Both the position numbers and the translations under genes were made by a program. From Candidatus Kerfeldbacteria bacterium (lineage in GTDB: Bacteria; Patescibacteriota; Patescibacteriia; SBBC01), in assembly GCA_043799405.1 (NCBI GenBank), contig JAZDNT010000003.1, positions 15,461 through 79,460 of the forward strand: a stretch of 64,000 bases of DNA, in the 5' to 3' direction. Below the pieces are notes generated by a model. It was not told the origin of the DNA. It searched no databases and was given only the letters and a program-made list of their open reading frames with translations. How positions within the stretch are numbered: the stretch's first letter is position 1; each line of letters begins with the position of its first letter. This document shows, in pieces, positions 1-8,763 of this stretch.

Positions 1-246
1 ACGCCGGCCGGGCGGTATGACGATCGGATACTGGTAATTGGCGTCACCACTCCCGGAAGCGAGTTCGACCGTTTGCGACGCAGCGCTGTTTGCCGGGAGA
101 AGGTTATCAAGATTCGTCCCCTCACCCAATCCGTTTCCGTTCGATGCACGTACTACGTGCGGCAAGAACAATGCAAGGGGTTGCACCATCAGGGCAAACA
201 AGGCGATCGTGGTGATCGACTTCCCAATTGCTCTACGAATATTCAT
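1..246 (-). CDS. secreted Rhs/YD-repeat- or Tc-toxin-like protein, N-terminal fragment (continues beyond left edge)
   Basis: ATG at 244-246 (minus) preceded by AAAGGAG. Translation starts MNIRRAIGKSITTIALFALMVQPLALFLPHVVRA (signal peptide) and reaches ...GDANYQYPIVIPPGRR. That resembles the YxYPIxxPPGRxG motif near the N-terminus of SpvB/TcB/Rhs-type proteins. Frame stays open to base 1; absent from the ORF track because it is truncated. Confidence 0.5.
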   Translation of the reverse strand, partial: MNIRRAIGKSITTIALFALMVQPLALFLPHVVRASNGNGLGEGTNLDNLLPANSAASQTVELASGSGDANYQYPIVIPPGRR

Positions 247-402
247 ATGGCTCCTTTCAGGGAGCGCTTGAGAGGTATGCGGACTCCCTGATTACGGACT
301 ACCACGAAAATTGGTTCAGTCAAGGCGCACAGTAACATCAACAAACGAAAGTGGCGTATTTAGGGCAGTACGGCAGTGTAGCAGGATGATTTGTCACAAT
401 TC

Positions 403-429
403 TTGACACTTTTTTCACAACGGTATACT
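403..429 (+). promoter_or_regulatory. candidate sigma70-type promoter (TTGACA-15 nt-TATACT) giving a near-leaderless transcript for the TrmB-like gene
   Basis: TTGACA at 403-408, TATACT at 424-429, ATG at 438. No Shine-Dalgarno in between; the spacer is short (15 nt). Confidence 0.4.
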
Positions 430-437
430 GTCGAGGC

Positions 438-1190
438 ATGCGCATCGAAGAATCACTCTCACAGCTCGACCTTACCCCCCGCCAGGCACAGATCTACGCT
501 GCCCTGCTCGAACTTGGCGAAGCAACGCCGCTCACCCTCTCGAAAAAAACCGGTCTGAAGCGCTCTACGACGTACCTCGACCTCGAAACGCTGCGGAGAA
601 AACAGCTGGCGGGTCTCTCCTTCCATGAACGGAAGACCGTGTACGTTCCAGAGCCGCCGACGCAACTGCTCCGAAGGGTACATAACCAAGAGCGTCTTAT
701 ACTAGAGATGCTGCCTCACCTGCGGGCGATCGAGAACCGCGGCGCAGCAAAACCAGTCATCCGTTACTACACAGATCTAAAAGACATCGAGCGCGTCTGG
801 GTTGAAGAGTGTTACAAAGCAAAAGAGAACTTCTACATCTCCGACTACCTTGCGACGCTCAAGCTCTTCCCTGCGCTTGAACAGCAAACCCTTGAACACC
901 TAAAACGCGGACCGCTCGAAACAGTCCGTGAGATCCATCCTGATACACCGGAAAACCGACGCTTTGCCCGTAATCATACAAAACACGGTCGCCACTTTCA
1001 CTTGCTGCCGAAAGGAACGCCTGTGGATATTGATATCGCCATCTGGGGTCATTCTGTTGCCCTCTACTCCAATCCACGACGCTACATGCTCGTCATTTCC
1101 GACGCCGCGATCGCAAGAGGGTTTCGGATACTGTTCGACGCGGCCTGGGAGATGTCGAGCGATCCGCTCAGGAAGAAAAGAACGCGTTAA
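438..1190 (+). CDS. TrmB-family winged-helix transcriptional regulator
   Basis: N-terminus LTPRQAQIYAALLELGEATPLTLSKKTGLKRSTTYLDLETLRRKQL is a typical TrmB-type HTH; 250 aa. Confidence 0.7.
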   Translation: MRIEESLSQLDLTPRQAQIYAALLELGEATPLTLSKKTGLKRSTTYLDLETLRRKQLAGLSFHERKTVYVPEPPTQLLRRVHNQERLILEMLPHLRAIENRGAAKPVIRYYTDLKDIERVWVEECYKAKENFYISDYLATLKLFPALEQQTLEHLKRGPLETVREIHPDTPENRRFARNHTKHGRHFHLLPKGTPVDIDIAIWGHSVALYSNPRRYMLVISDAAIARGFRILFDAAWEMSSDPLRKKRTR

Positions 1191-1331
1191 TCGTTTCTAT
1201 TAACGTACAAGAAGTCACGCTTTCTGTGTTGTTATTCGCGAACTATTCGCTTACGCTGTGCGTTACGTCCCCGCTCTTCCTAATCCTTCACCCCGCACCA
1301 TCCGCCTGCGGCGGAGGTACGGGGCAGCGCC

Positions 1332-1757
1332 TCAATCTTCCTTGCGATTTCCTTCCTGCCCTTGTTCACTTGAAAAAAATACCTCTAATTCTCCGCCTTC
1401 AGCAATACCAAATGCTTTTCGAAAGTTATCCCGGAAAAAACGCGCGCCGTATCTGTCTGAATCTTCATTTTCAGACATAAACAATCTATTTCCCTCTATG
1501 AATGCGCGATGGCCGGCTGTTCCCGTACCAACGTAAATAGTTGTACTGCCGGTCCTTAAGAGTTCTTCAACATCGCCATCCCGAGGTGGTGTAATCCACT
1601 TGATTTTCGAGTCACCGTGGATCAAGCGTTGAATTTTCTCCAGAACGTCGCGAATGGCGGCTTTATCTCGTTGCGCTAATGCTTGCTGAAGTTCTCTGAT
1701 TGCTCCCATTCCATCCGGGATATGAGCTGCCTCGAATTCTCCTTTACCTTCACTCAT
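1332..1757 (-). CDS. hypothetical protein (141 aa), translationally coupled to proS
   Basis: ATGA start/stop overlap with proS at 1754-1757. No family recognised. Confidence 0.5.
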   Translation of the reverse strand: MSEGKGEFEAAHIPDGMGAIRELQQALAQRDKAAIRDVLEKIQRLIHGDSKIKWITPPRDGDVEELLRTGSTTIYVGTGTAGHRAFIEGNRLFMSENEDSDRYGARFFRDNFRKAFGIAEGGELEVFFSSEQGQEGNRKED

Positions 1758-3001
1758 AGGTCGGTTAGGGCAGATAGATCCCCTACATCAATTTTTCCGT
1801 TTTTCCTGTCTTTCGTTTCATACTTCCCCGCTTTCACCGTTTTCTCGCTTACGACCATGCGCACCGGAATGCCGATGAGGTCGGAATCTACGAACTTTTC
1901 ACCGGCTGATGCATCGCGGTCATCGTGCAACACTTCCTTTCCGGACTTTTCCAACTTCATGACCAGCTCCCCTGCTTCTTTTGTGATCGCCTTGTTGTGT
2001 TTTGGATTCAGCTCAACAACGTGCACGCCGAACGGCGCAATGGAAGTAGGCCACACAATGCCCTTCTCATCTGCGAACAGCTCAACGACCGTTGCCATGA
2101 CACGGCCCGGTCCGATGCCATAACTTCCCATGACGACCGGGTGCGGCTTCCCTTCACTGTCCTTGTAGGTAAGGCCTAAGGGCTCGGAAAAGCGCGTACT
2201 GAGCTTGAATATGTTCCCGACCTCTATCGCGCGCACTTCATCGAAGTCATTTTTTGTCATCCTGAGGTCGCTCAGGATCTCATCGGTATACACTTCTTTA
2301 TTCACAGCCATACTCTTGTCCTTCGCGAGGTAGATCGTGTCCTCGCCGGTTTCGCATACGGTCTGGAACTCATCGGAGAACTTAGAGAACGCCCCGCCCG
2401 ATGCGAACGTACGGTAGGTAGTATTACCGATACCGATGCGCTCCCAGATCTTTGCATACGAAACAGCGGCTTTCTCATAGAACGCGTCGAGGTCAGCTGC
2501 GGTCGCTGAGAACGAGTACAGGTCTTTCATCAGGAACTCGCGGGTGCGCAGGAGCCCGCTCTTTGCCCGGAGCTCGTTTCTAAACTTCGTCTGGAACTGA
2601 TAGAGATAGACCGGGAGATCGCGGTACGATGATACGTAGCTTTTCATCATCCGCGTCAGCGGGTCCTCGTGCGTGATCGCTAAACCTACTTCAGTGTCGT
2701 TCTTGAGCTTCGTTTTGAACCAGACGTCGACGCTCGCATCGTTCCACCGGTCCGTCGTTTTCCAAACGTTCGGGTCTTGTAGGGAAGACATTGAAAGCTC
2801 TATCCCGCCAAGCGTATTCATCTCTTCGCGGATGATAGAAACGATGCGGTTCAAAACCCGGAGCCCTAACGGCAGGAACGAGTATACGCCCGCCATTTCC
2901 TTGTGCACGAACCCGGCGCGCATCAGAAGCTGTGCGCTCTTTACGATCTCGTCCTTTGGCGTTTCCTTCTTCGTCTTTGTGAACAGCTGCGACTGCTTCA
3001 T
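1754..3001 (-). CDS. proS: prolyl-tRNA synthetase, bacterial-type but lacking the INS editing domain (415 aa)
   Basis: N-terminus MKQSQLFTKTKKETPKDEIVKSAQLLMRAGFVHKEMAGVYSFLPLGLRVLNRI matches bacterial ProRS. Class II core and C-terminal anticodon-binding region are present. The length leaves no room for the roughly 180-aa insertion domain. Confidence 0.93.
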   Translation of the reverse strand: MKQSQLFTKTKKETPKDEIVKSAQLLMRAGFVHKEMAGVYSFLPLGLRVLNRIVSIIREEMNTLGGIELSMSSLQDPNVWKTTDRWNDASVDVWFKTKLKNDTEVGLAITHEDPLTRMMKSYVSSYRDLPVYLYQFQTKFRNELRAKSGLLRTREFLMKDLYSFSATAADLDAFYEKAAVSYAKIWERIGIGNTTYRTFASGGAFSKFSDEFQTVCETGEDTIYLAKDKSMAVNKEVYTDEILSDLRMTKNDFDEVRAIEVGNIFKLSTRFSEPLGLTYKDSEGKPHPVVMGSYGIGPGRVMATVVELFADEKGIVWPTSIAPFGVHVVELNPKHNKAITKEAGELVMKLEKSGKEVLHDDRDASAGEKFVDSDLIGIPVRMVVSEKTVKAGKYETKDRKNGKIDVGDLSALTDL

Positions 3002-3250
3002 ACGGGTATTCTGCGTGAAATTTCTCGTTACGTCAAACTAGCGATAAGCATTAAAAATAAAACAAACATCAAAAAAGAATCGCTCCGCGCAGCGGTCGTG
3101 TCAGGGGGTATGAGGTCGTCAGGGGGTAAAGGAGAGAAACTCGGAGTCCCCCTAGGCCCCCTGATACAAAAATCTTCAAGGAGAGAACGCAGTATTGGAA
3201 AACCGCTGACTGCAACATCAACGGTCTCCCTCCTCAGAAGATAACGACGA

Positions 3251-3634
3251 TCAAGCGGTCCGCGTCACCTCGACGGTGACTGGGTACGCTGAAGGCAAAT
3301 GGAGGTTAATGTGCTCATGCTTCTCGACGTTATCCATGAGCTCCCCTGGCAGTAGCTGGCGTGCGCGTGATTCTCCAGCAGACCAGAATGTCCGGATAAC
3401 TTCCTCCGCCGCCTTTGCTGAAATGTCTACTATGACGCTATGATTCTCAGCAGTCGTGAGCGTAAGCGTCGCTGATCCGTGTTTCTCATACATGGGATGC
3501 GCAACATCACCGATGAGAGCCCAAACAGCAACGAGCAACTCGGCCCAGTTATCGGCGGTCTCCTTCCGTGCTTCTCCAATCTCGAGCGAACGGTGTGTGT
3601 GTTCAGACTCTAGCGCTTCCTGCATCGCCTTCAC
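3251..3634 (-). CDS. hypothetical protein (127 aa)
   Basis: Long ORF co-directional with murF and proS. No recognisable motif. Confidence 0.45.
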   Translation of the reverse strand: MKAMQEALESEHTHRSLEIGEARKETADNWAELLVAVWALIGDVAHPMYEKHGSATLTLTTAENHSVIVDISAKAAEEVIRTFWSAGESRARQLLPGELMDNVEKHEHINLHLPSAYPVTVEVTRTA

Positions 3635-3659
3635 CTCCTTCCCTGTTTTGGTACCAAAG

Positions 3660-4943
3660 TCATGGGATAGTAAGCCACGTTGTATCCTGCCGTACGAGGA
3701 GCTCTTCTGCCCGTTCAGGGTCTGCCATAAGCTCCTTGACTGCTTTTTCCATCCGAGCGATCTGTGATCCTTTGATGAGCGCAGTGTCGCCCGGCGTAAA
3801 TCGATCGTGCACTAACTTCGCGGCTGATACGGGATCATCGAACGAGAATATGTGATCTTCGTCCATGCCAGCCTTTCGTGCCTCACTTGCTGCGTGCTTC
3901 ATTGCTTCGCCGACGCCGACGAACACGTCAATGCAGTTTTCAACGACTTTACGGCCGATCTCGCGGTGCGCCGGTTCGGTCGACGCTCCGAGGTCCGCCA
4001 TTTCACCAAGCAGCGCATAGCGCTTCCCTTCGGCTGGGAACGATCTGAGCGTCTCGAGCGCGGCAGTGCACGCGTCAGGCGACGAATTGTATGAGTCGTC
4101 GATGAGCGTCGTGTTCTTCACGCCAGACAACACGCGCATACGGCCCGGAGGCGGCGTATAGCGCGAGAGCGCGGCAACGATGTCAGGAAAGTCCATGTGG
4201 AACGCAATGCCAACAGCAATACCGGCGAGCGCGGCATACGCAGAATGTATTCCAACGACGCCGGGTATGAAGACTGAAACAGTCTCGCGGTTGAACAATA
4301 CCTTGATCATCAATCCGTGCTCGCCGGAGTCGCCCTTCACAACGGCCGCATCGATACAGCGGACGGCAACGCCGCCTGAAAAGCCGAAACTGATGACCGA
4401 TGCAGGCGATACATCAGCGAGCGACCGGACGCGAGGATCATCCCCGTTGAGCACGATCCACCCGTCATGAGCTACCCTCGTTGCGATGAGTGATTTTTCG
4501 GCAAGAACGTTCTCGACCGATCCGAAGTGGTGGAGGTGGGTCGGACCGACGCTTGTGATCACGCCGACGGAAAGCGGAACGATACCGAGGATCGCTTCAA
4601 TGTCGCCAGGCTTATCCGCACCCATCTCAAGAACGAGTACCGGGGGGTAGGGCTTATGAGAAACAAGGTACTGTGCCCCGTGCCAGAGAGAAACGGCAAC
4701 GCGTCTCCATCCCGGAACACCCTTTGCCGTCGGAGCGCCAAGCACGGTAAACGGAACGCCGAATTCATTATTGAAGCTTCCTGCGCTCGACTGAATGTCG
4801 TAGATGTGCGAGAGCACTACCGCAATAGCCTCCTTCGCGCTCGTCTTTCCGTAGGAACCGGTGATACCGACGACGTGCGGGTGGTAGCGCCTGACGACGC
4901 GTCGCGCGAAGAAGGTGAGCAGTGCCTGCGCTATGCGTTTCAT
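3660..4943 (-). CDS. murF: UDP-N-acetylmuramoyl-tripeptide--D-alanyl-D-alanine ligase
   Basis: Mur ligase P-loop GITGSYGKTSAKE plus the NNEFGVP motif typical of MurF. Lies in the dcw-type cluster. Confidence 0.88.
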   Translation of the reverse strand: MKRIAQALLTFFARRVVRRYHPHVVGITGSYGKTSAKEAIAVVLSHIYDIQSSAGSFNNEFGVPFTVLGAPTAKGVPGWRRVAVSLWHGAQYLVSHKPYPPVLVLEMGADKPGDIEAILGIVPLSVGVITSVGPTHLHHFGSVENVLAEKSLIATRVAHDGWIVLNGDDPRVRSLADVSPASVISFGFSGGVAVRCIDAAVVKGDSGEHGLMIKVLFNRETVSVFIPGVVGIHSAYAALAGIAVGIAFHMDFPDIVAALSRYTPPPGRMRVLSGVKNTTLIDDSYNSSPDACTAALETLRSFPAEGKRYALLGEMADLGASTEPAHREIGRKVVENCIDVFVGVGEAMKHAASEARKAGMDEDHIFSFDDPVSAAKLVHDRFTPGDTALIKGSQIARMEKAVKELMADPERAEELLVRQDTTWLTIP

Positions 4944-4978
4944 GTGCCTAAGTGTACGCCGTCAGCACCCTTTTGTCA

Positions 4979-6739
4979 TTACGGTATTGCGTCTTCCGTT
5001 ACGGTCGGCGGAACTTCTAGGTAGTGGAGGATGAAGTTCGCAATCTCGCCGAACAATGGCGCAGCGGACGACTCAGCGAACTGCACGTCGCGCGGCCTGT
5101 CGATCCGTACGACCATGACGAACCTCGGATTCTCGACAGGTCCGAAGCCGGCGAACGTCCCGATCGTGACATCATCCTGGTATCCTGGGCTGTCAGTACG
5201 GGGAACCTGTGCAGTACCGGTCTTACCCGCAATGTAGTACCCGGGAACTCCCGCGCGCGTGCCGTGACCATTCTTGACGACGTTCACGAGCATCGCCCCG
5301 ATCGTCGTTGCGGTCTGCGGGCTTATTGCTTGCCGAACGGTCGTCGGCTGCGTCGTCGTTGTTGTCCCGTCGGGATGCCGCAGTTCCTTTACGATGTACG
5401 GTTTCATGAGTATACCGCGGTTAGCGATCGCAGCAAAAGCCGAAGCGAGCTGGAGCGGCGTTACCGTAATGCCCTGGCCGTACGACGCCGTCGCTGCGTA
5501 GATCTCCTTGCCTGCTTTCAATGTCGATGTGTCCCCGGCTGACTCGCCCTGAAGCTCTATCCTGGTCTTAACCCCGAAACCGAACTTATCGAGGTACGAC
5601 GCGAACGTCTTCGGCCCGATCTGCCGCATCGCGAAGATCGCGCCGGTGTTCAACGACTGCTCAAGGACCTGCGTCATAGTATTCACACCGTGCGCCTTTC
5701 CGTCCGAGTTCTTTATCGTGTAGCTCCCGATCTTCACGAACCCCTCGTCCGTGTAGGTCGTATTCGGCGAGACCTTCCCCTGATCGACAGAGGCCGACAT
5801 CGTAACACCCTTCATGACCGATCCCGGTTCGTACTGATTGAAGATCGCAGGATTCGCGTACACCTTAACGTCCTCCTCATCGGCGTACTCGTTCGGATCG
5901 AAGTCAGGGCTCCCGCACATCGCGAGGATTGCTCCGGTCGACGGCTCGAGGACCACGACGCTCCCTCCGTCGGCGCCGTGCTTCTGCACTGCCTCATCGA
6001 GCTTGACGCACGCCTCGTGCTCAATCGAGCGATCGATGGTCAGGACGATGTCATCGCCGTTCTCAGCAGGAACGAGCGACCGCGCACCGATCGCGATCCA
6101 CCGGCCGGCCGCATCCTTCTCCGCCGAAAGCGCCCCCTGCTTTCCGGTGAGCTTCGTATCGAACGATCCCTCGATTCCGTACTGCCCTTTGCGAAGGTCG
6201 CCGTCGAAACCGAGGAATCCGACGATATGGCTGCCGTAGCGTCCTTCAGGGTACATGCGGACCGACTCATCGACGAACTCGATCCCGGAAAACTGCAACG
6301 CCCGTATCGCGTCGACGTCGGTCTTCCGTACCGCATGCTTCAGCGGTTCGTACAGATCGTCCTGCTTCGCAATGCGTTCGTAGATGACGCCTGGGTCCAT
6401 GTCGAGGATCGGTGAAAGTTCCCGCGCAATTTCTTCAGGATCATTCTTAATCTTCGAAGGGTTCGCGAAGACGAGCGACAGCGGCTCATTGGTCGCGAGC
6501 GGGAACAGCTGAGAGCTCCCCTTCTCGGTCATGTAGATCTTGCCGCGTTCGGGGAACAGCTTCTGGTACAGGCTGTGCTGCCCCTCTGCGAGCGCCTTAT
6601 AGAATCCGTACTGAAGCACCTGTAATGAAAAAAGGCGCAGTATGATAACTACGACGAATATGCCTGCCAATCCGGCTAAGATGCGCGTTCTGTCTCCAGA
6701 ACCGCGTGCCCGTGGCGAGCGTGGGGAGCGAACCGGCAT
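4979..6739 (-). CDS. ftsI: class B penicillin-binding protein (FtsI/PBP2-type transpeptidase)
   Basis: N-terminal membrane anchor. Transpeptidase motifs SVMK (SxxK), SLN (SxN) and KTGTA (KTG). Sits between ftsL-like and murF. Confidence 0.88.
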   Translation of the reverse strand: MPVRSPRSPRARGSGDRTRILAGLAGIFVVVIILRLFSLQVLQYGFYKALAEGQHSLYQKLFPERGKIYMTEKGSSQLFPLATNEPLSLVFANPSKIKNDPEEIARELSPILDMDPGVIYERIAKQDDLYEPLKHAVRKTDVDAIRALQFSGIEFVDESVRMYPEGRYGSHIVGFLGFDGDLRKGQYGIEGSFDTKLTGKQGALSAEKDAAGRWIAIGARSLVPAENGDDIVLTIDRSIEHEACVKLDEAVQKHGADGGSVVVLEPSTGAILAMCGSPDFDPNEYADEEDVKVYANPAIFNQYEPGSVMKGVTMSASVDQGKVSPNTTYTDEGFVKIGSYTIKNSDGKAHGVNTMTQVLEQSLNTGAIFAMRQIGPKTFASYLDKFGFGVKTRIELQGESAGDTSTLKAGKEIYAATASYGQGITVTPLQLASAFAAIANRGILMKPYIVKELRHPDGTTTTTQPTTVRQAISPQTATTIGAMLVNVVKNGHGTRAGVPGYYIAGKTGTAQVPRTDSPGYQDDVTIGTFAGFGPVENPRFVMVVRIDRPRDVQFAESSAAPLFGEIANFILHYLEVPPTVTEDAIP

Positions 6740-6767
6740 AGCCGAGCCAATCTCCTCTTATGCGTCG

Positions 6768-7106
6768 CTACCGTGCTGCGACCGCACCGGATGTAGTGAG
6801 GTACTGGACGTTCTCGACCTGAACGAGATCGAGGCCTTGGCGCGCCGTTTCGAGACGCGAGAGCGACTGGAGCCGGTCGACCGCTGCCTGCAATGTCGAC
6901 CGCTGCGACGAGAGGGTTTCGAGCCGATCGGAGAGCTCTTTCACCTCGAGCCCGCGGGTCGACGTCGTCGACGTCATGACGAGGTAGCCGAATCCGCCTG
7001 CGACGATGACCGCGACAAGAACGATCCGAAACCCAAGCTCCGAAATCTTCAGCCGTTTCCAAAAATCGAGGTGTTCTTTCTTCGTCTCAGTTCTTGTGTA
7101 GACCAT
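6768..7106 (-). CDS. ftsL: FtsL-like cell-division protein
   Basis: 112 aa with a single TM (FRIVLVAVIVAGGFGYLV) followed by a coiled-coil-like segment. Canonical position between rsmH and ftsI. Confidence 0.6.
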   Translation of the reverse strand: MVYTRTETKKEHLDFWKRLKISELGFRIVLVAVIVAGGFGYLVMTSTTSTRGLEVKELSDRLETLSSQRSTLQAAVDRLQSLSRLETARQGLDLVQVENVQYLTTSGAVAAR

Positions 7107-7160
7107 GTTTTTGATTTTTTATATACGTGCTACGAATTAAGTTATGTGAGGAAACTTCTG

Positions 7161-7199
7161 TAAGGGAAGGGGGCATCGGGGGGAAACCGCAGGTTTCCC
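7161..7199 (+). repeat. GC-rich dispersed repeat, copy 1 (TAAGGGAAGGGGGCATCGGGGGGAAACCGCAGGTTTCCC)
   Basis: Homologous to 19876-19918 (TAGGGAAGGAGTGGTATCGGACGAGGAAACCGCAGGTTGCCTC) and related to 15669-15713 inside dinB. Ends in the hairpin GGGAAACC-GCA-GGTTTCCC. Confidence 0.6.
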
Positions 7200-7207
7200 A
7201 ACCGAGT

Positions 7208-8131
7208 TTATTTTCGCACCGTCACCCGGAGTTTCGCACTCCGCGATCGCGGATTGGTTGTGACTTCCGCGAAGCTCGGGGTGACGGGATGCTTCGTAAG
7301 GATGGTGAGGAGCCCCTTCGCTGCCTGCTCTCTAAAGAACCGTTTTACGATCCTGTCTTCGAGCGAATGGAACGTGATGACAGCGAGACGGCCGCCAAAT
7401 GCTAGCGCTGCCACTGCCTGCGGGAGGAAACGCGTGAGCGTACCGAGCTCATCGTTCACGGCGATCCGGAGCGCCTGGAACGCCCTTGTTGCAGGATGTA
7501 TCCGGCCTCTCCTTCCGCCCGTTGCTCCCGGGATCACGTTCAGGAGGTCGCCGACGGTCGCGAATGTTTTTTTACGCCTACTGGTAACGACCGCTTTCGC
7601 GATCATGCGTGACCGGCGTTCCTCTCCATACTCACGGAGGATGCGTTCGATCTCCTGTTCTGGCGATGAATTCAGGAGCTCGGCTGCAGTAGCAGTACCG
7701 CGCGAGGTGTCATAGCGCATGTCGAGGGGGCTCTCTTCGCGCTGGAATGAAAATCCGCGTGAGGCATCAGAGAGCGTCTGCGACGATACGCCGAGGTCAG
7801 CGAGGATGCAGTTTGGTTTCTGGAAACGAGCGTCGGAAATACTGTCGAGGAGTCTGTCGAAACTACCGTGTATGAAGGTGATTCGTTCTGCGAATTGGGT
7901 TAGGTTCTGTTTTGAGGTTTCAAGGGCAGACGCATCGAGATCGATCGCGAGGAGTTTCCCGTCAGGAGCCGTCCGTTCTAGGAGCGCTGTTGCATGACCG
8001 CCTGCTCCGACTGTTGCATCGACACAGGCGTCTCCCGGCTTTGGATTAAGGAGCTTTGTTACCTCTTTCAGGAGGACGGGGGTATGGGCAAGCCCGCCGA
8101 CGTTAGACTGAGGACTTTGGCGGGCAAGCAT
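7208..8131 (-). CDS. rsmH: 16S rRNA (cytosine1402-N4)-methyltransferase
   Basis: MraW-family sequence (HTPVLLKEV..., DATVGAGGHA, ADLGVSS). Directly downstream of mraZ. Confidence 0.93.
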   Translation of the reverse strand: MLARQSPQSNVGGLAHTPVLLKEVTKLLNPKPGDACVDATVGAGGHATALLERTAPDGKLLAIDLDASALETSKQNLTQFAERITFIHGSFDRLLDSISDARFQKPNCILADLGVSSQTLSDASRGFSFQREESPLDMRYDTSRGTATAAELLNSSPEQEIERILREYGEERRSRMIAKAVVTSRRKKTFATVGDLLNVIPGATGGRRGRIHPATRAFQALRIAVNDELGTLTRFLPQAVAALAFGGRLAVITFHSLEDRIVKRFFREQAAKGLLTILTKHPVTPSFAEVTTNPRSRSAKLRVTVRK

Positions 8132-8152
8132 GGTTCCCGCAAATCTTACATT

Positions 8153-8584
8153 TTAAACGCCGAGCTCGCCGAGCGCTTCAGCAATATCTCCGGCTTTCCG
8201 TTCGGTACCTGCCTGATACTTCTGCCATACAGCCGAATCCCAGACCTCAAGCCGGTTCAGGAGCCCTGCAATGACGACCTTCTTTTTCAATTGAGCGTAC
8301 TTTCGTAGGTAGTCCGGAAGGATCACCCGTCCCTGCTTATCAACCTCGAGCTCCATTGCTCCTGCTAGCATCAGGCGCGCGAATGCTCGGGTGTTCGCCT
8401 TTGCCATCGAAAGCTTGCTCAATCGCTCGGCCAAACCCGCCCACTCGGCCTGCGTATATACGAAAAGACAGTTGTCGAGGCCTCGCGTGACCACCACGGT
8501 CTCTCCAATGTCATCACGAAACTTCACGGGTACCGCGAGGCGTCCCTTGTCATCAATCGCGTGGTGATATTCGCCGATGAACAT
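8153..8584 (-). CDS. mraZ: transcriptional regulator MraZ
   Basis: Start moved from the track ORF (8674) to the internal ATG at 8584, giving the canonical MFIGEYHHAIDDKGRLAVP N-terminus. Second repeat is VDKQGRVILP. Confidence 0.88.
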   Translation of the reverse strand: MFIGEYHHAIDDKGRLAVPVKFRDDIGETVVVTRGLDNCLFVYTQAEWAGLAERLSKLSMAKANTRAFARLMLAGAMELEVDKQGRVILPDYLRKYAQLKKKVVIAGLLNRLEVWDSAVWQKYQAGTERKAGDIAEALGELGV

Positions 8585-8671
8585 TGGTCTTTGAAATGCT
8601 AGTCTGTTAATGATGTGGAGCTCCCTCGCCAGTAGCTCGGGATGCCTCAGCTGGTTATACACCAGCCTCGG

Positions 8672-8696
8672 CACTTATCCCCACTTTTGTCCACTT
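8672..8696 (-). promoter_or_regulatory. three AAGTG boxes with exact 10-nt periodicity (candidate MraZ operator)
   Basis: Plus-strand CACTT at 8672, 8682 and 8692. The minus strand reads AAAGTGGAC AAAAGTGGGG ATAAGTGCC, between the predicted -10 and the mraZ start. Confidence 0.5.
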
Positions 8697-8712
8697 TCTC
8701 CCCCTCTTCACC

Positions 8713-8741
8713 ATTTTACACCACAAAACACCAAGGGTCAA
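8713..8741 (-). promoter_or_regulatory. candidate mra promoter (TTGACC-17 nt-TAAAAT)
   Basis: On the minus strand, TTGACC at 8741-8736, a 17-nt spacer, then TAAAAT at 8718-8713. Confidence 0.55.
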
Positions 8742-8763
8742 CCCGTCAAGACCTGTGGATAAA

